From the NCBI RefSeq assembly GCF_009914755.1, contig NC_060939.1: a stretch of 64,000 nt of DNA. One strand, 5' to 3'. The notes beneath the pieces are model-generated. The model saw only the letters and a list, made by a program, of their open reading frames with translations, searched no databases and had not been told where the DNA came from. Of the stretch, positions 43,201 to 58,600 are shown in pieces; position 1 is the stretch's first letter, and the number at the start of each line of letters is the position of its first letter. The translations under genes were made by a program, and so were the position numbers. The stretch comes from the human T2T-CHM13v2.0 reference genome, Homo sapiens.

Positions 43201-46200
43201 ACTGCATTCCATTCCACTCCATTCCATATTATTCCATTACACTCAATTCCATTCTATTACTTTCATTTCCATTGAATTCCATTCCATTTGATTCCATTCC
43301 ACTCGGTTTCATTCCATTTGAGTCCACTCCATTCCATTCCATTCCATTCCATTCAGTTCCATTCCATTCTGTTCCATTCCATTCCGTTCCATTACATTCC
43401 ATTCCATTCGGTACCATTCCATATTGTTCTATTCGATTCCATTCGAATCCATTCCATTCCAGTCCATTCCATTCGATTCCATTCCATTCATTTCAATTCC
43501 ATTCCATTCCATTCCATTACATTCCACTTGATTCCTCTCCATTCCCTTCCACTGCATTCCGTTCGATTCCATTCCATTGCATTGCATTCCATTCCATTGG
43601 ATTGCATTCCATTCGATTCCATTCCATTCGAATCAATTACATAGCAATCCATTACATTCGAGTCTATTCTATTCCGTTCCATTCGATTTCGTTCCAATCC
43701 ATTCGATTCCATTCCATTCGATTCCATTCCATACTATTGCATTCCATTCGATTACATTATATTCGAATAAGTTCCATTCAAGACCATTTCTTTTGAGTCC
43801 ATTCTATTTGAGTCCATTCCCTTTGATTCCATAACATTTGAGTCCATTCAATTCCATTCCTTTCGTTTCCATTCCATTTGATGCCATTCCATTCAATTCT
43901 GTTCTACTCGACTCCAATACATTCAATTCCATTCCATCCGATTCCATTACATTCTTTTCATTTCTTATCCATTTCAAGCCATTCCACTCCATTCCATTCC
44001 ACTCGTTTCCTTTCCATTCGAGTCCATTCCTCTCCAGTCCATTCCGTTCAATCCATTCCATTCCAGTCCATTCCATTCGAGTCCGTTCCATTCCAGTCCA
44101 TTCCATTCGAGTCAATTCCATCCCATTCGATGTCTTTCCATAACGATCCATTCCATTCTATTCCTTTCGATTCCATTCCATTCTATTTCATTCCATTCGA
44201 TTCCCTTCCATTGGACTCCTTTCCATTCGAGTGCATTCCATTCCGTTCCATTTCTTTCCGTTCTGTACGATTCCTACCGTTCGATTTCATTTTGTTCCAG
44301 TCCATTCCTTTCGCGTCCATTCCATTCCATTTCACTCCATTCGATTCCATTCCACTCGATTCCACTTCGTTCCATTTCATTGCATTCCATTCTATTCAAC
44401 TCTATTGCCTTCCATTCCATTCCATTCGATTACATTCCATGCGATTCCATTCGAAATCGAATCAATTACATTGCAATCCATTACTATTGAGTCCGTTTTA
44501 TTCCAGTCCACTGCATTCTGGTCCATTCCATTTGATTCCATTCCATTCTATTCCATTCCATACAGTTGCATTCCATTGGATTCCATGCTATATCTATAAA
44601 TTCAATTCGAGACCATTGCTTTTGAGTCCATTCTATATGATTCCATTCCATTCAAGTCCATTACATTTGGTTCAATTCCATTCCATTCCATTCCCTTCCA
44701 TTCCATTCCAGTTGATATCAATCCATTCGATTCCATTCCATTCGAGCACATTCCATTCGAGTCCATTCCATTCGATGCCATTCCATTTGATTCTATTCCA
44801 TTAGTCTCCATTCAATTCCATTAATCTCCATTCCATTCCATTCTACTCCAACTGATTCCATTCCATTCTATTCCTTTCCATTCCATTTCATTCCATTCCA
44901 TTCCATTTCATTCCATTCCATTCCATTCGCTTCCATTCCATTCGTGTCCATTCCACTCCAGTCCATTCCATTCGTGTCCATTCCATTCCAGTCCATTCCA
45001 TTTGTGTCCACTGCATTCCATTCCACTCCATTCCATATTATTTCATTACACTCCATTCCATTCTATTACTTTCATTTCCATTCAATTCCATTCCATTTGA
45101 TTCCATTCCACTCGGTTTCATTCCATTTGAGTCCACTCCATTCCATTCCATTCCATTCCATTCAGTTCCATTCCATTCTGTTCCATTCCATTCCGTTCCA
45201 TTGCATTCCATTCCATTCGGTACCATTCCATATTGTTCCATTCGATTCCATTCGAATCCATTCCATTCCAGTCCATTCCATTCGATTCCATTCCATTCCT
45301 TTCAATTCCATTCCATTCCATTCCATTCCACTTGATTCCACTCCATTCCCTTCCACTGCATTCCATTCGATTCCATTCCATTGCATTGCATTCCATTCCA
45401 TTGGACTGCATTCCATTCGATTCCATTCCATTCGAATCAATTACATAGCAATCCATTACATTCGAGTCTATTCTATTACGTTCCATTCGATTTCGTTCCA
45501 ATCCATTCGATTCCATTCCATTCGATTCCATTCCATACTATTGCATTCCATTCGATTACATTATATTCGAATAAGTTCCATTCAAGACCATTTCTTTTGA
45601 GTCCATTCTATTTGAGTCCATTCCCTTTGATTCCATAACATTTGAGTCCATTCAATTCCATTCCTTTCGTTTCCATTCCATTTGATGCCATTCCATTCAA
45701 TTCTGTTCTACTCGACTCCAATACATTCAATTCCATTCCATCCGATTCCATTACATTCTTTTCATTTCTTATCCATTTCAAGCCATTCCACTCCATTCCA
45801 TTCCACTCGTTTCCTTTCCATTCGAGTCCATTCCTCTCCAGTCCATTCCGTTCAATCCATTCCATTCCAGTCCATTCCATTCGAGTCCGTTCCATTCCAG
45901 TCCATTCCATTCGAGTCAATTCCATTCCATTCGATGTCTTTCCATAACGATCCATTCCATTCTATTCCTTTCGATTCCATTCCATTCTATTTCATTCCAT
46001 TCGATTCCCTTCCATTGGACTCCTTTCCATTCGAGTGCATTCCATTCCGTTCCATTTCTTTCCGTTCTGTACGATTCCTACCGTTCAATTTCATTTTGTT
46101 CCAGTCCATTCCTTTCGCGTCCATTCCATTCCATTTCACTCCATTCGATTCCATTCCACTCGATTCCACTTCGTTCCATTTCATTGCATTCCATTCTATT

Positions 46201-49200
46201 CACTCTATTGCCTTCCATTCCATTCCATTCGATTACATTCCATGCGATTCCATTCGAAATCGAATCAATTACATTGCAATCCATTACTATTGAGTCCGTT
46301 TTATTCCAGTCCACTGCATTCTGGTCCATTCCATTTCATTCCACTCCATTCTATTCCATTCCATACAGTTGCATTCCATTGGATTCCATGCTATATCTAT
46401 AAATTCAATTCGAGACCATTGCTTTTGAGTCCATTCTATATGATTCCATTCCATTCAAGTCCATTACATTTGGTTCAATTCCATTCCATTCCATTCCCTT
46501 CCATTCCATTCCATTTGATATCAATCCATTCGATTCCATTCCATTCGAGCACATTCCATTCGAGTCCATTCCATTCGATGCCATTCCATTTGATTCTATT
46601 CCATTAGTCTCCATTCAATTCCATTAATCTCCATTCCATTCCATTCTACTCCAACTGATTCCATTCCATTCTATTCCTTTCCATTCCATTTCACTCCATT
46701 CCATTCCATTTCATTCCATTCCATTCCATTCGTGTCCATTCCACTCCAGTCCATTCCATTCGTGTCCATTCCATTCCAGTCCATTCCATTTGTGTCCACT
46801 GCATTCCATTCCACTCCATTCCATATTATTCCATTACACTCCATTCCATTCTATTACTTTCATTTCCATTCAATTCCATTCCATTTGATTCCATTCCACT
46901 CGAATTCATTCCATTTGAGTCCACTCCATTCCATTCCATTCCATTCCATTCAGTTCCATTCCATTCTGTTCCATTCCATTCCGTTCCATTGCATTCCATT
47001 CCATTCGGTACCATTCCATATTGTTCCATTCGATTCCATTCGAATCCATTCCATTCCAGTCCATTCCATTCGATTCCATTCCATTCATTTCAATTCCATT
47101 CCATTCCATTCCATTCCGCTTGATTCCACTCCATTCCCTTCCACTGCATTCCATTGCATTGCATTCCATTCCATTGGATTGCATTCCATTCGATTCCATT
47201 CCATTCGAATCAATTACATAGCAATCCATTACATTCGAGTCTATTCTCTTCCGTTCCATTCGATTTCGTTCCAATCCATTCGATTCCATTCCATTCGATT
47301 CCATTCCATACTATTGCATTCCATTCGATTACATTATATTCGAATATGTTCCATTCAAGACCATTTCTTTTGAGTCCATTCTATTTGAGTCCATTCCCTT
47401 TGATTCCATAACATTTGAGTCCATTCAATTCCATTCCTTTCGTTTCCATTCCATTTGATGCCATTCCATTCAATTCTGTTCTACTCGACTCCAATACATT
47501 CAATTCCATTCCATCCGATTCCATTACATTCTTTTCATTTCTTATCCATTTCAAGCCATTCCACTCCATTCCATTCCACTCGTTTCCTTTCCATTCGAGT
47601 CCATTCCTCTCCAGTCCATTCCGTTCAATCCATTCCATTCCAGTCCATTCCATTCGAGTCCGTTCCATTCCAGTCCATTCCATTCGAGTCAATTCCATTC
47701 CATTCGATGTCTTTCCATAACGATCCATTCCATTCTATTCCTTTCGATTCCATTCCATTCTATTTCATTCCATTCGATTCCCTTCCATTGGACTCCTTTC
47801 CATTCGAGTGCATTCCATTCCGTTCCATTTCTTTCCGTTCTGTATGATTCCTACCGTTCGATTTCATTTTGTTCCAGTCCATTCTTTCGCGTCCATTCCA
47901 TTCCATTTCACTCCATTCGATTCCATTCCACTCGATTCCACTTCGTTCCATTTCATTGCATTCCATTCTATTCAACTCTATTGCCTTCCATTCCATTCCA
48001 TTCGATTACATTCCATGCGATTCCATTCGAAATCGAAACAATTACATTGCAATCCATTACTATTGAGTCCGTTTTATTCCAGTCCACTGCATTCTGGTCC
48101 ATTCCATTTGATTCCATTCCATTCTATTCCATTCCATACAGTTGCATTCCATTGGATTCCATTCTATATCTATAAATTCAATTCGAGACCATTGCTTTTG
48201 AGTCCATTCTATATGATTCCATTCCATTCAAGTCCATTACATTTGGTTCAATTCCATTCCATTCCATTCCCTTCCATTCCATTCCAGTTGATATCAATCC
48301 ATTCGATTCCATTCCATTCGAGCACATTCCATTCGAGTCCATTCCATTCGATGCCATTCCATTTGATTCTATTCCATTAGTCTCCATTCAATTCCATTAA
48401 TCTCCATTCCATTCCATTCTACTCCAACTGATTCCATTCCATTCTATTCCTTTCCATTCCATTTTATTCCATTCCATTCCATTTCATTCCATTCCATTCC
48501 ATTCGTGTCCATTCCACTCCAGTCCATTCCATTCGTGTCCATTCCATTCCAGTCCATTCCATTTGTGTCCACTGCATTCCATTCCACTCCATTCCATATT
48601 ATTCCATTACACTCAATTCCATTCTATTACTTTCATTTCCATTGAATTCCATTCCATTTGATTCCATTCCACTCGGTTTCATTCCATTTGAGTCCACTCC
48701 GTTCCATTCCATTCCATTCCATTCAGTTCCATTCCATTCTGTTCCATTCCATTCCGTTCCATTACATTCCATTCCATTCGGTACCATTCCATATTGTTCC
48801 ATTCGATTCCATTCGAATCCATTCCATTCCAGTCCATTCCATTCGATTCCATTCCATTCATTTCAATTCCATTCCATTCCATTCCATTACATTCCACTTG
48901 ATTCCTCTCCATTCCCTTCCACTGCATTCCGTTCGATTCCATTCCATTGCATTGCATTCCATTCCATTGGATTGCATTCCATTCGATTCCATTCCATTCG
49001 AATCAATTACATAGCAATCCATTACATTCGAGTCTATTCTATTCCGTTCCATTCGATTTCGTTCCAATCCATTCGATTCCATTCCATTCGATTCCATTCC
49101 ATACTATTGCATTCCATTCTATTACATTATATTCGAATAAGTTCCATTCAAGACCATTTCTTTTGAGTCCATTCTATTTGAGTCCATTCCCTTTGATTCC

Positions 49201-50300
49201 ATAACATTTGAGTCCATTCAATTCCATTCCTTTCGTTTCCATTCCATTTGATGCCATTCCATTCAATTCTGTTCTACTCGACTCCAATACATTCAATTCC
49301 ATTCCATCCGATTCCATTACATTCTTTTCATTTCTTATCCATTTCAAGCCATTCCACTCCATTCCATTCCACTCGTTTCCTTTCCATTCGAATCCATTCC
49401 TCTCCAGTCCATTCCGTTCAATCCATTCCATTCCAGTCCATTCCATTCGAGTCCGTTCCATTCCAGTCCATTCCATTCGAGTCAATTCCATCCCATTCGA
49501 TGTCTTTCCATAACGATCCATTCCATTCTATTCCTTTCGATTCCATTCCATTCTATTTCATTCCATTCGATTCCCTTCCATTGGACTCCTTTCCATTCGA
49601 GTGCATTCCATTCCGTTCCATTTCTTTCCGTTCTGTACGATTCCTACCGTTCGATTTCATTTTGTTCCAGTCCATTCCTTTCGCGTCCATTCCATTCCAT
49701 TTCACTCCATTCGATTCCATTCCACTCGATTCCACTTCGTTCCATTTCATTGCATTCCATTCTATTCAACTCTATTGCCTTCCATTCCATTCCATTCGAT
49801 TACATTCCATGCGATTCCATTCGAAATCGAATCAATTACATTGCAATCCATTATTATTGAGTCCGTTTTATTCCAGTCCACTGCATTCTGGTCCATTCCA
49901 TTTGATTCCATTCCATTCTATTCCATTCCATACAGTTGCATTCCATTGGATTCCATGCTATATCTATAAATTCAATTCGAGACCATTGCTTTTGAGTCCA
50001 TTCTATATGATTCCATTCCATTCAAGTCCATTACATTTGGTTCAATTCCATTCCATTCCATTCCCTTCCATTCCATTCCAGTTGATATCAATCCATTCGA
50101 TTCCATTCCATTCGAGCACATTCCATTCGAGTCCATTCCATTCGATGCCATTCCATTTGATTCTATTCCATTAGTCTCCATTCAATTCCATTAATCTCCA
50201 TTCCATTCCATTCTACTCCAACTGATTCCATTCCATTCTATTCCTTTCCATTCCATTTCATTCCATTCCATTCCATTTCATTCCATTCCATTCCATTCGC
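40240..50300 (+). repeat. Tandem 3-unit (5370 bp) block duplication
   Basis: Many private variants sit at a constant offset of 5370: GAATTC 41532/46902 and 43274/48644, CCGCTTGA ~41746/47116, 1-bp deletions ~40831/46201 and ~42514/47884, ACTCAATT 43241/48611. End points are approximate. Confidence 0.9.
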
Positions 50301-53300
50301 TTCCATTCCTTTCGTGTCCATTCCACTCCAGTCCATTCCATTCGTGTCCATTCCATTCCAGTCCATTCCATTTGTGTCCACTGCATTCCATTCCACTCCA
50401 TTCCATATTATTCCATTACACTCCATTCCATTCTATCACTTTCATTTCCATTCAATTCCATTCCATTTGATTCCATTCCACTCGGTTTCATTCCATTTGA
50501 GTCCACTCCATTCCATTCCATTCAATTCCATTCAGTTCCATTCCATTCTGTTCCATTCCATTCCGTTCCATTACATTCCATTCCATTCGGTACCATTCCA
50601 TATTGTTCCATTCGATTCCATTCGAATCCATTCCATTCCAGTCCATTCCATTCGATTCCATTCCATTCATTTCAATTCCATTCCATTCCATTCCATTACA
50701 TTCCACTTGATTCCTCTCCATTCCCTTCCACTGCATTCCGTTCGATTCCATTCCATTGCATTGCATTCCATTCCATTGGATTGCATTCCATTCGATTCCA
50801 TTCCATTCGAATCAATTACATAGCAATCCATTACATTCGAGTCTATTCTATTCCGTTCCATTCGATTTCGTTCCAATCCATTCGATTCCATTCCATTCGG
50901 TTCCATTCCATACTATTGCATTCCATTCGATTACATTATATTCGAATAAGTTCCATTCAAGACCATTTCTTTTGAGTCCATTCTATTTGAGTCCATTCCC
51001 TTTGATTCCATAACATTTGAGTCCATTCAATTCCATTCCTTTCGTTTCCATTCCATTTGATGCCATTCCATTCAATTCTGTTCTACTCGACTCCAATACA
51101 TTCAATTCCATTCCATCCGATTCCATTACATTCTTTTCATTTCTTATCCATTTCAAGCCATTCCACTCCATTCCATTCCACTCGTTTCCTTTCCATTCGA
51201 GTCCATTCCGTTCAATCCATTCCATTCCAGTCCATTCCATTCGAGTCCGTTCCATTCCAGTCCATTCCATTCGAGTCAACTCCATCCCATTCGATGTCTT
51301 TCCATAACGATCCATTCCATTCTATTCCTTTCAATTCCATTTCATTCTATTTCATTCCATTCGATTCCCTTCCATTGGACTCCTTTCCATTCGAGTGCAT
51401 TCCATTCCGTTCCATTTCTTTCCGTTCTGTACGATTCCTACCGTTCGATTTCATTTTGTTCCAGTCCATTCCTTTCGCGTCCATTCCATTCCATTTCACT
51501 CCATTCGATTCCATTCCACTCGATTCCACTTCGTTCCATTTCATTGCATTCCATTCTATTCAACTCTATTGCCTTCCATTCCATTCCATTCGATTACATT
51601 CCATGCGATTCCATTCGAAATCGAATCAATTACATTGCAATCCATTACAATTGAGTCCGTTTTATTCCAGTCCACTGCATTCTGGTCCATTCCTTTTGAT
51701 TCCATTCCATTCTATTCCATTCCATACAGTTGCATTCCTTTGGATTCCATGCTATATATATAAATTCAATTCGAGACCATTGCTTTTGAGTCCATTCTAT
51801 ATGATTCCATTCCATTCAAGTCCATTACATTTGGTTCAATTCCATTCCATTCCATTCCCTTCCATTCCATTCCAGTTGATATCAATCCATTCGATTCCAT
51901 TCCATTCGAGCACATTCCATTCGAGTCCATTCCATTCGATGCCATTCCATTTGATTCTATTCCATTAGTCTCCATTCAATTCCATTAATCTCCATTCCAT
52001 TCCATTCTACTCCAACTGATTCCATTCCATTCTATTCCTTTCCATTCCATTTCATTCCATTCCATTCCATTTCATTCCATTCCATTCCATTCGCTTCCAT
52101 TCCGTTCGTGTCCATTCCACTCCAGTCCATTCCATTCCTGTCCATTCCATTCCACTCCATTCCATTTGTGTCCACTGCATTCCATTCCACTCCATTCCAT
52201 ATTATTCCATTACACTCCCTTCCATTCTATTACTTTCATTTCCATTCAATTCCATTCCATTTGATTCCATTCCACTCGGTTTCATTCCATTTGAGTCCAC
52301 TCCATTCCATTCCATTCCATTCAGTTCCATTCCATTCTGTTCCATTCCATTCCGTTCCATTACATTCCATTCCATTCGGTACCATTCCATATTGTTCCAT
52401 TCGATTCCATTCGAATCCATTCCATTCCAGTCCATTCCATTCGATTCCATTCCATTCATTTCAATTCCATTCCATTCCATTCCATTACATTCCACTTGAT
52501 TCCTCTCCATTCCCTTCCACTGCATTCCGTTCGATTCCATTCCATTGCATTGCATTCCATTCCATTGGATTGCATTCCATTCGATTCCATTCCATTCGAA
52601 TCAATTACATAGCAATCCATTACATTCGAGTCTATTCTCTTCCGTTCCATTCGGTTTCGTTCCAATCCATTCGATTCCATTCCATTCGATTCCATTCCAT
52701 ACTATTGCATTCCATTCGATTACATTATATTCGAATAAGTTCCATTCAAGACCATTTCTTTTGAGTCCATTCTATTTGAGTCCATTCCCTTTGATTCCAT
52801 AACATTTGAGTCCATTCAATTCCATTCCTTTCGTTTCCATTCCATTTGATGCCATTCCATTCAATTCTGTTCTACTCGACTCCAATACATTCAATTCCAT
52901 TCCATCCGATTCCATTACATTCTTTTCATTTCTTATCCATTTCAAGCCATTCCACTCCATTCCATTCCACTCGTTTCCTTTCCATTCGAGTCCATTCCTC
53001 TCCAGTCCATTCCGTTCAATCCATTCCATTCCAGTCCATTCCATTCGAGTCCGTTCCATTCCAGTCCATTCCATTCGAGTCAATTCCATCCCATTCGATG
53101 TCTTTCCATAACGATCCATTCCATTCTATTCCTTTCCATTCCATTCCATTCTATTTCATTCCATTCGATTCCCTTCCATTGGACTCCTTTCCATTCGAGT
53201 GCATTCCATTCCGTTCCATTTCTTTCCGTTCTGTACGATTCCTACCGTTCGATTTCATTTTGTTCCAGTCCATTCCTTTCGCGTCCATTCCATTCCATTT

Positions 53301-55644
53301 CACTCCATTCGATTCCATTCCACTCGATTCCACTTCGTTCCATTTCATTGCATTCCATTCTATTCAACTCTATTGCCTTCCATTCCATTCCATTCGATTA
53401 CATTCCATGCGATTCCATTCGAAATCGAATCAATTACATTGCAATCCAGTACTATTGAGTCCATTTCATTCCAGTCCACTGCATTCTGGTCCATTCCATT
53501 TGATTCCATTCCATTCTATTCCATTCCATACAGTTGCATTCCATTGGATTCCATTCTATATCTATAAATTCAATTCGAGACCATTGCTTTTGAGTCCATT
53601 CTACATGATTCCATTCCATTCAAGTCCATTACATTTGGTTCAATTCCATTCCGTTCCATTCCCTTCCATTCCATTCCAGTTGATATCAATCCATTCGATT
53701 CCATTCCACTCGAGCACATTCCATTCGAGTCCATTCCATTCGATGCCATTCCATTTGGTTCTATTCCATTAGTCTCCATTCAATTCCATTAATCTCCATT
53801 CCATTCCATTCTACTCCAACTGATTCCATTCCATTCTATTCCTTTCCATTCCATTTCATTCCATTCCATTCCATTTCATTCCATTCCATTCCATTCCATT
53901 CCATTCGCTTCCATTCCATTCGTGTCCATTCCATTCCAGTCCATTCCATTTGTGTCCACTGCATTCCATTCCACTCCATTCCATATTATTCCATTACACT
54001 CCATTCCATTCTATTACTTTCATTTCCATTCAATTCCATTCCATTTGATTCCATTCCACTCGGTTTCATTCCATTTGAGTCCACTCCATTCCATTCCATT
54101 CCATTCCATTCCATTCAGTTCCATTCCATTCTGTTCCATTCCATTCCGTTCCAATGCATTCCATTCCATTCGGTACCATTCCATATTGTTCCATTCGATT
54201 CCATTCGAATCCATTCCATTCCAGTCCATTCCATTTGATTCCATTACATTCCTTTCAATTCCATTCCATTCCATTCCATTCCACTTGATTCCACTCCATT
54301 CCCTTCCACTGCATTCCATTCGATTCCATTCCATTGCATTGCATTCCATTCCATTGGACTGCATTCCATTCGATTCCATTCCATTCGAATCAATTACATA
54401 GCAATCCATTACATTCGAGTCTATTCTATTCCGTTCCATTCGATTTCGTTCCAATCCATTCGATTCCATTCCATTCGATTCCATTCCATACTATTGCATT
54501 CCATTCGATTACATTATATTCGAATAAGTTCCATTCAAGACCATTTCTTTTGAGTCCATTCTATTTGAGTCCATTCCCTTTGATTCCATAACATTTGAGT
54601 CCATTCAATTCCATTCCTTTCGTTTCCATTCCATTTGATGCCATTCCATTCAATTCTGTTCTACTCGACTCCAATACATTCAATTCCATTCCATCCGATT
54701 CCATTACATTCTTTTCATTTCTTATCCATTTCAAGCCATTCCACTCCATTCCATTCCACTCGTTTCCTTTCCATTCGAGTCCATTCCTCTCCAGTCCATT
54801 CCGTTCAATCCATTCCATTCCAGTCCATTCCATTCGAGTCCGTTCCATTCCAGTCCATTCCATTCGAGTCAATTCCATCCCATTCGATGTTTTCCATAAC
54901 GATCCATTCCATTCTATTCCTTTCGATTCCATTCCATTCTATGTCATTGCATTCGATTCCCTTCCATTGGACTCCTTTCAATTCGAGTGCATTCCATTCC
55001 GTTCCATTTCTTTCCGTTCTGTACGATTCCTACCGTTCGATTTCATTTTGTTCCAGTCCATTCCTTTCGCGTCCATTCCATTCCATTTCACTCCATTCGA
55101 TTCCATTCCACTCGATTCCACTTCGTTCCATTTCATTGCATTCCATTCTATTCAACTCTATTGCCTTCCATTCCATTCCATTCGATTACATTCCATGCCA
55201 TTCCATTCGAAATCGAATCAATTACATTGCAATCCATTACTATTGAGTCCGTTTTATTCCAGTCCACTGCATTCTGGTCCATTCCATTTGATTCCATTCC
55301 ATTCTATTCCATTCCATACAGTTGCATTCCATTGGATTCCATGCTATATCTATAAATTCAATACGAGACCATTGCTTTTGAGTCCATTCTATATGATTCC
55401 ATTCCATTCAAGTCCATTACATTTGGTTCAATTCCATTCCATTCCATTCCCTTCCATTCCATTCCATTTGATATCAATCCATTCGATTCCATTCCATTCG
55501 AGCACATTCCATTCGAGTCCATTCCATTCGATGCCATTCCATTTGATTCTATTCCATTAGTCTCCATTCATTTCCATTAATCTCCATTCCATTCCATTTT
55601 ACTCCAACTGATTCCATTCCATTCTATTCCTTTCCATTCCATTT

Positions 55645-55694
55645 CATTCCATTCCATTCCATTCCATTCCATTCCATTCCATTCCATTCCATTC
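55645..55694 (+). repeat. Perfect (CATTC)10 run, the longest pure pentamer tract noticed
   Basis: Uninterrupted CATTC between ATTTC and CGTGTCC, in the length-variable region of the unit. Confidence 0.8.
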
Positions 55695-58600
55695 GTGTCC
55701 ATTCCACTCCAGTCCATTCCATTCGTGTCCATTCCATTCCAGTCCATTCCATTTGTGTCCACTGCATTCCATTCCACTCCATTCCATATTATTCCATTAC
55801 ACTCCATTCCATTCTATCACTTTCATTTCCATTCAATTCCATTCCATTTGATTCCATTCCACTCGGTTTCATTCCATTTGAGTCCACTCCATTCCATTCC
55901 ATTCCATTCCATTCAGTTCCATTCCATTCTGTTCCATTCCATTCCGTTCCATTACATTCCATTCCATTCGGTACCATTCCATATTGTTCCATTCGATTCC
56001 ATTCGAATCCATTCCATTCCAGTCCATTCCATTCGATTCCATTCCATTCATTTCAATTCCATTCCATTCCATTCCATTACATTCCACTTGATTCCTCTCC
56101 ATTCCCTTCCACTGCATTCCGTTCGATTCCATTCCATTGCATTGCATTCCATTCCATTGGATTGCATTCCATTCGATTCCATTCCATTCGAATCAATTAC
56201 ATAGCAATCCATTACATTCGAGTCTATTCTATTCCGTTCCATTCGATTTCGTTCCAATCCATTCGATTCCATTCCATTCGATTCCATTCCATACTATTGC
56301 ATTCCATTCGATTACATTATATTCGAATAAGTTCCATTCAAGACCATTTCTTTTGAGTCCATTCTATTTGAGTCCATTCCCTTTGATTCCATAACATTTG
56401 AGTCCATTCAATTCCATTCCTTTCGTTTCCATTCCATTTGATGCCATTCCATTCAATTCTGTTCTACTCGACTCCAATACACTCAATTCCATTCCATCCG
56501 ATTCCATTACATTCTTTTCATTTCTTATCCATTTCAAGCCATTCCACTCCATTCCATTCCACTCGTTTCCATTCCATTCGAGTCCATTCCTCTCCAGTCC
56601 ATTCCGTTCAATCCATTCCATTCCAGTCCATTCCATTCGAGTCCGTTCCATTCCAGTCCATTCCATTCGAGTCAATTCCATTCCATTCGATGTCTTTCCA
56701 TAACGATCCATTCCATTCTATTCCTTTCGATTCCATTCCATTCTATTTCATTCCATTCGATTCCCTTCCATTGGACTCCTTTCCATTCGAGTGCATTCCA
56801 TTCCTTTCCATTTCTTTCCGTTCTGTACGATTCCTACCGTTCGATTTCATTTTCTTCCAGTCCATTCCTTTCGCGTCCATTCCATTCCATTTCACTCCAT
56901 TCGATTCCATTCCACTCGATTCCACTTCGTTCCATTTCATTGCATTCCATTCTATTCAACTCTATTGCCTTCCATTCCATTCCATTCGATTACATTCCAT
57001 GCGATTCCATTCGAAATCGAATCAATTACATTGCAATCCATTACTATTGAGTCCGTTTTATTCCAGTCGACTGCATTCTGGTCCATTCCATTTGATTCCA
57101 TTCCATTCTATTCCATTCCATACAGTTGCATTCCATTGGATTCCATGCTATAACTATAAATTCAATTCGAGAACATTGCTTTTGAGTCCATTCTATATGA
57201 TTCCATTCCATTCAAGTCCATTACATTTGGTTCAATTCCATTCCATTCCATTCCCTTCCATTCCATTCCATTTGATATCAATCCATTCGATTCCATTCCA
57301 TTCGATTCCATTCCATTCGAGCACATTCCATTCGAGTCCATTCCATACGATGCCATTCCATTTGATTCTATTCCATTAGTCTCCATTCAATTCCATTAAT
57401 CTCCATTCCATTCCATTCTACTCCAACTGATTCCATTCCATTCTATTCCTTTCCATTCCATTTCATTCCATTCCATTCCATTTCATTCCATTCCATTCCA
57501 TTCGTGTCCATTCCACTCCAGTCCATTCCATTCGTATCCATTCCATTCCAGTCCATTCCATTTGTGTCCACTGCATTCCATTCCACTCCATTCCATATTA
57601 TTCCATTACACTCCATTCCATTCTATTACTTTCATTTCCATTCAATTCCATTCCATTTGATTCCATTCCACTCGGTTTCATTCCATTTGAGTCCACTCCA
57701 TTCCATTCCATTCCATTCCATTCAGTTCCATTCCATTCTGTTCCATTCCATTCCGTTCCATTACATTCCATTCCATTCGGTACCATTCCATATTGTTCCA
57801 TTCGATTCCATTCGAATCCATTCCATTCCAGTCCATTCCATTCGATTCCATTCCATTCATTTCAATTCCATTCCATTCCATTCCATTACATTCCACTTGA
57901 TTCCTCTCCATTCCCTTCCACTGCATTCCGTTCGATTCCATTCCATTGCATTGCATTCCATTCCATTGGATTGCATTCCATTCGATTCCATTCCATTCGA
58001 ATCAATTACATAGCAATCCATTACATTCGAGTCTATTCTATTCCGTTCCATTCGATTTCGTTCCAATCCATTCGATTCCATTCCATTCGATTCCATTCCA
58101 TACTATTGCATTCCATTCGATTACATTATATTCGAATAAGTTCCATTCAAGACCATTTCTTTTGAGTCCATTCTATTTGAGTCCATTCCCTTTGATTCCA
58201 TAACATTTGAGTCCATTCAATTCCATTCCTTTCGTTTCCATTCCATTTGATGCCATTCCATTCAATTCTGTTCTACTCGACTCCAATACATTCAATTCCA
58301 TTCCATCCGATTCCATTACATTCTTTTCATTTCTTATCCATTTCAAGCCATTCCACTCCATTCCATTCCACTCGTTTCCTTTCCATTCGAGTCCATTCCT
58401 CTCCAGTCCATTCCGTTCAATCCATTCCATTCCAGTCCATTCCATTCGAGTCCGTTCCATTCCAGTCCATTCCATTCGAGTCAATTCCATCCCATTCGAT
58501 GTCTTTCCATAACGATCCATTCCATTCTATTCCTTTCGATTCCATTCCATTCTATTTCATTCCATTCGATTCCCTTCCATTGGACTCCTTTCCATTCGAG

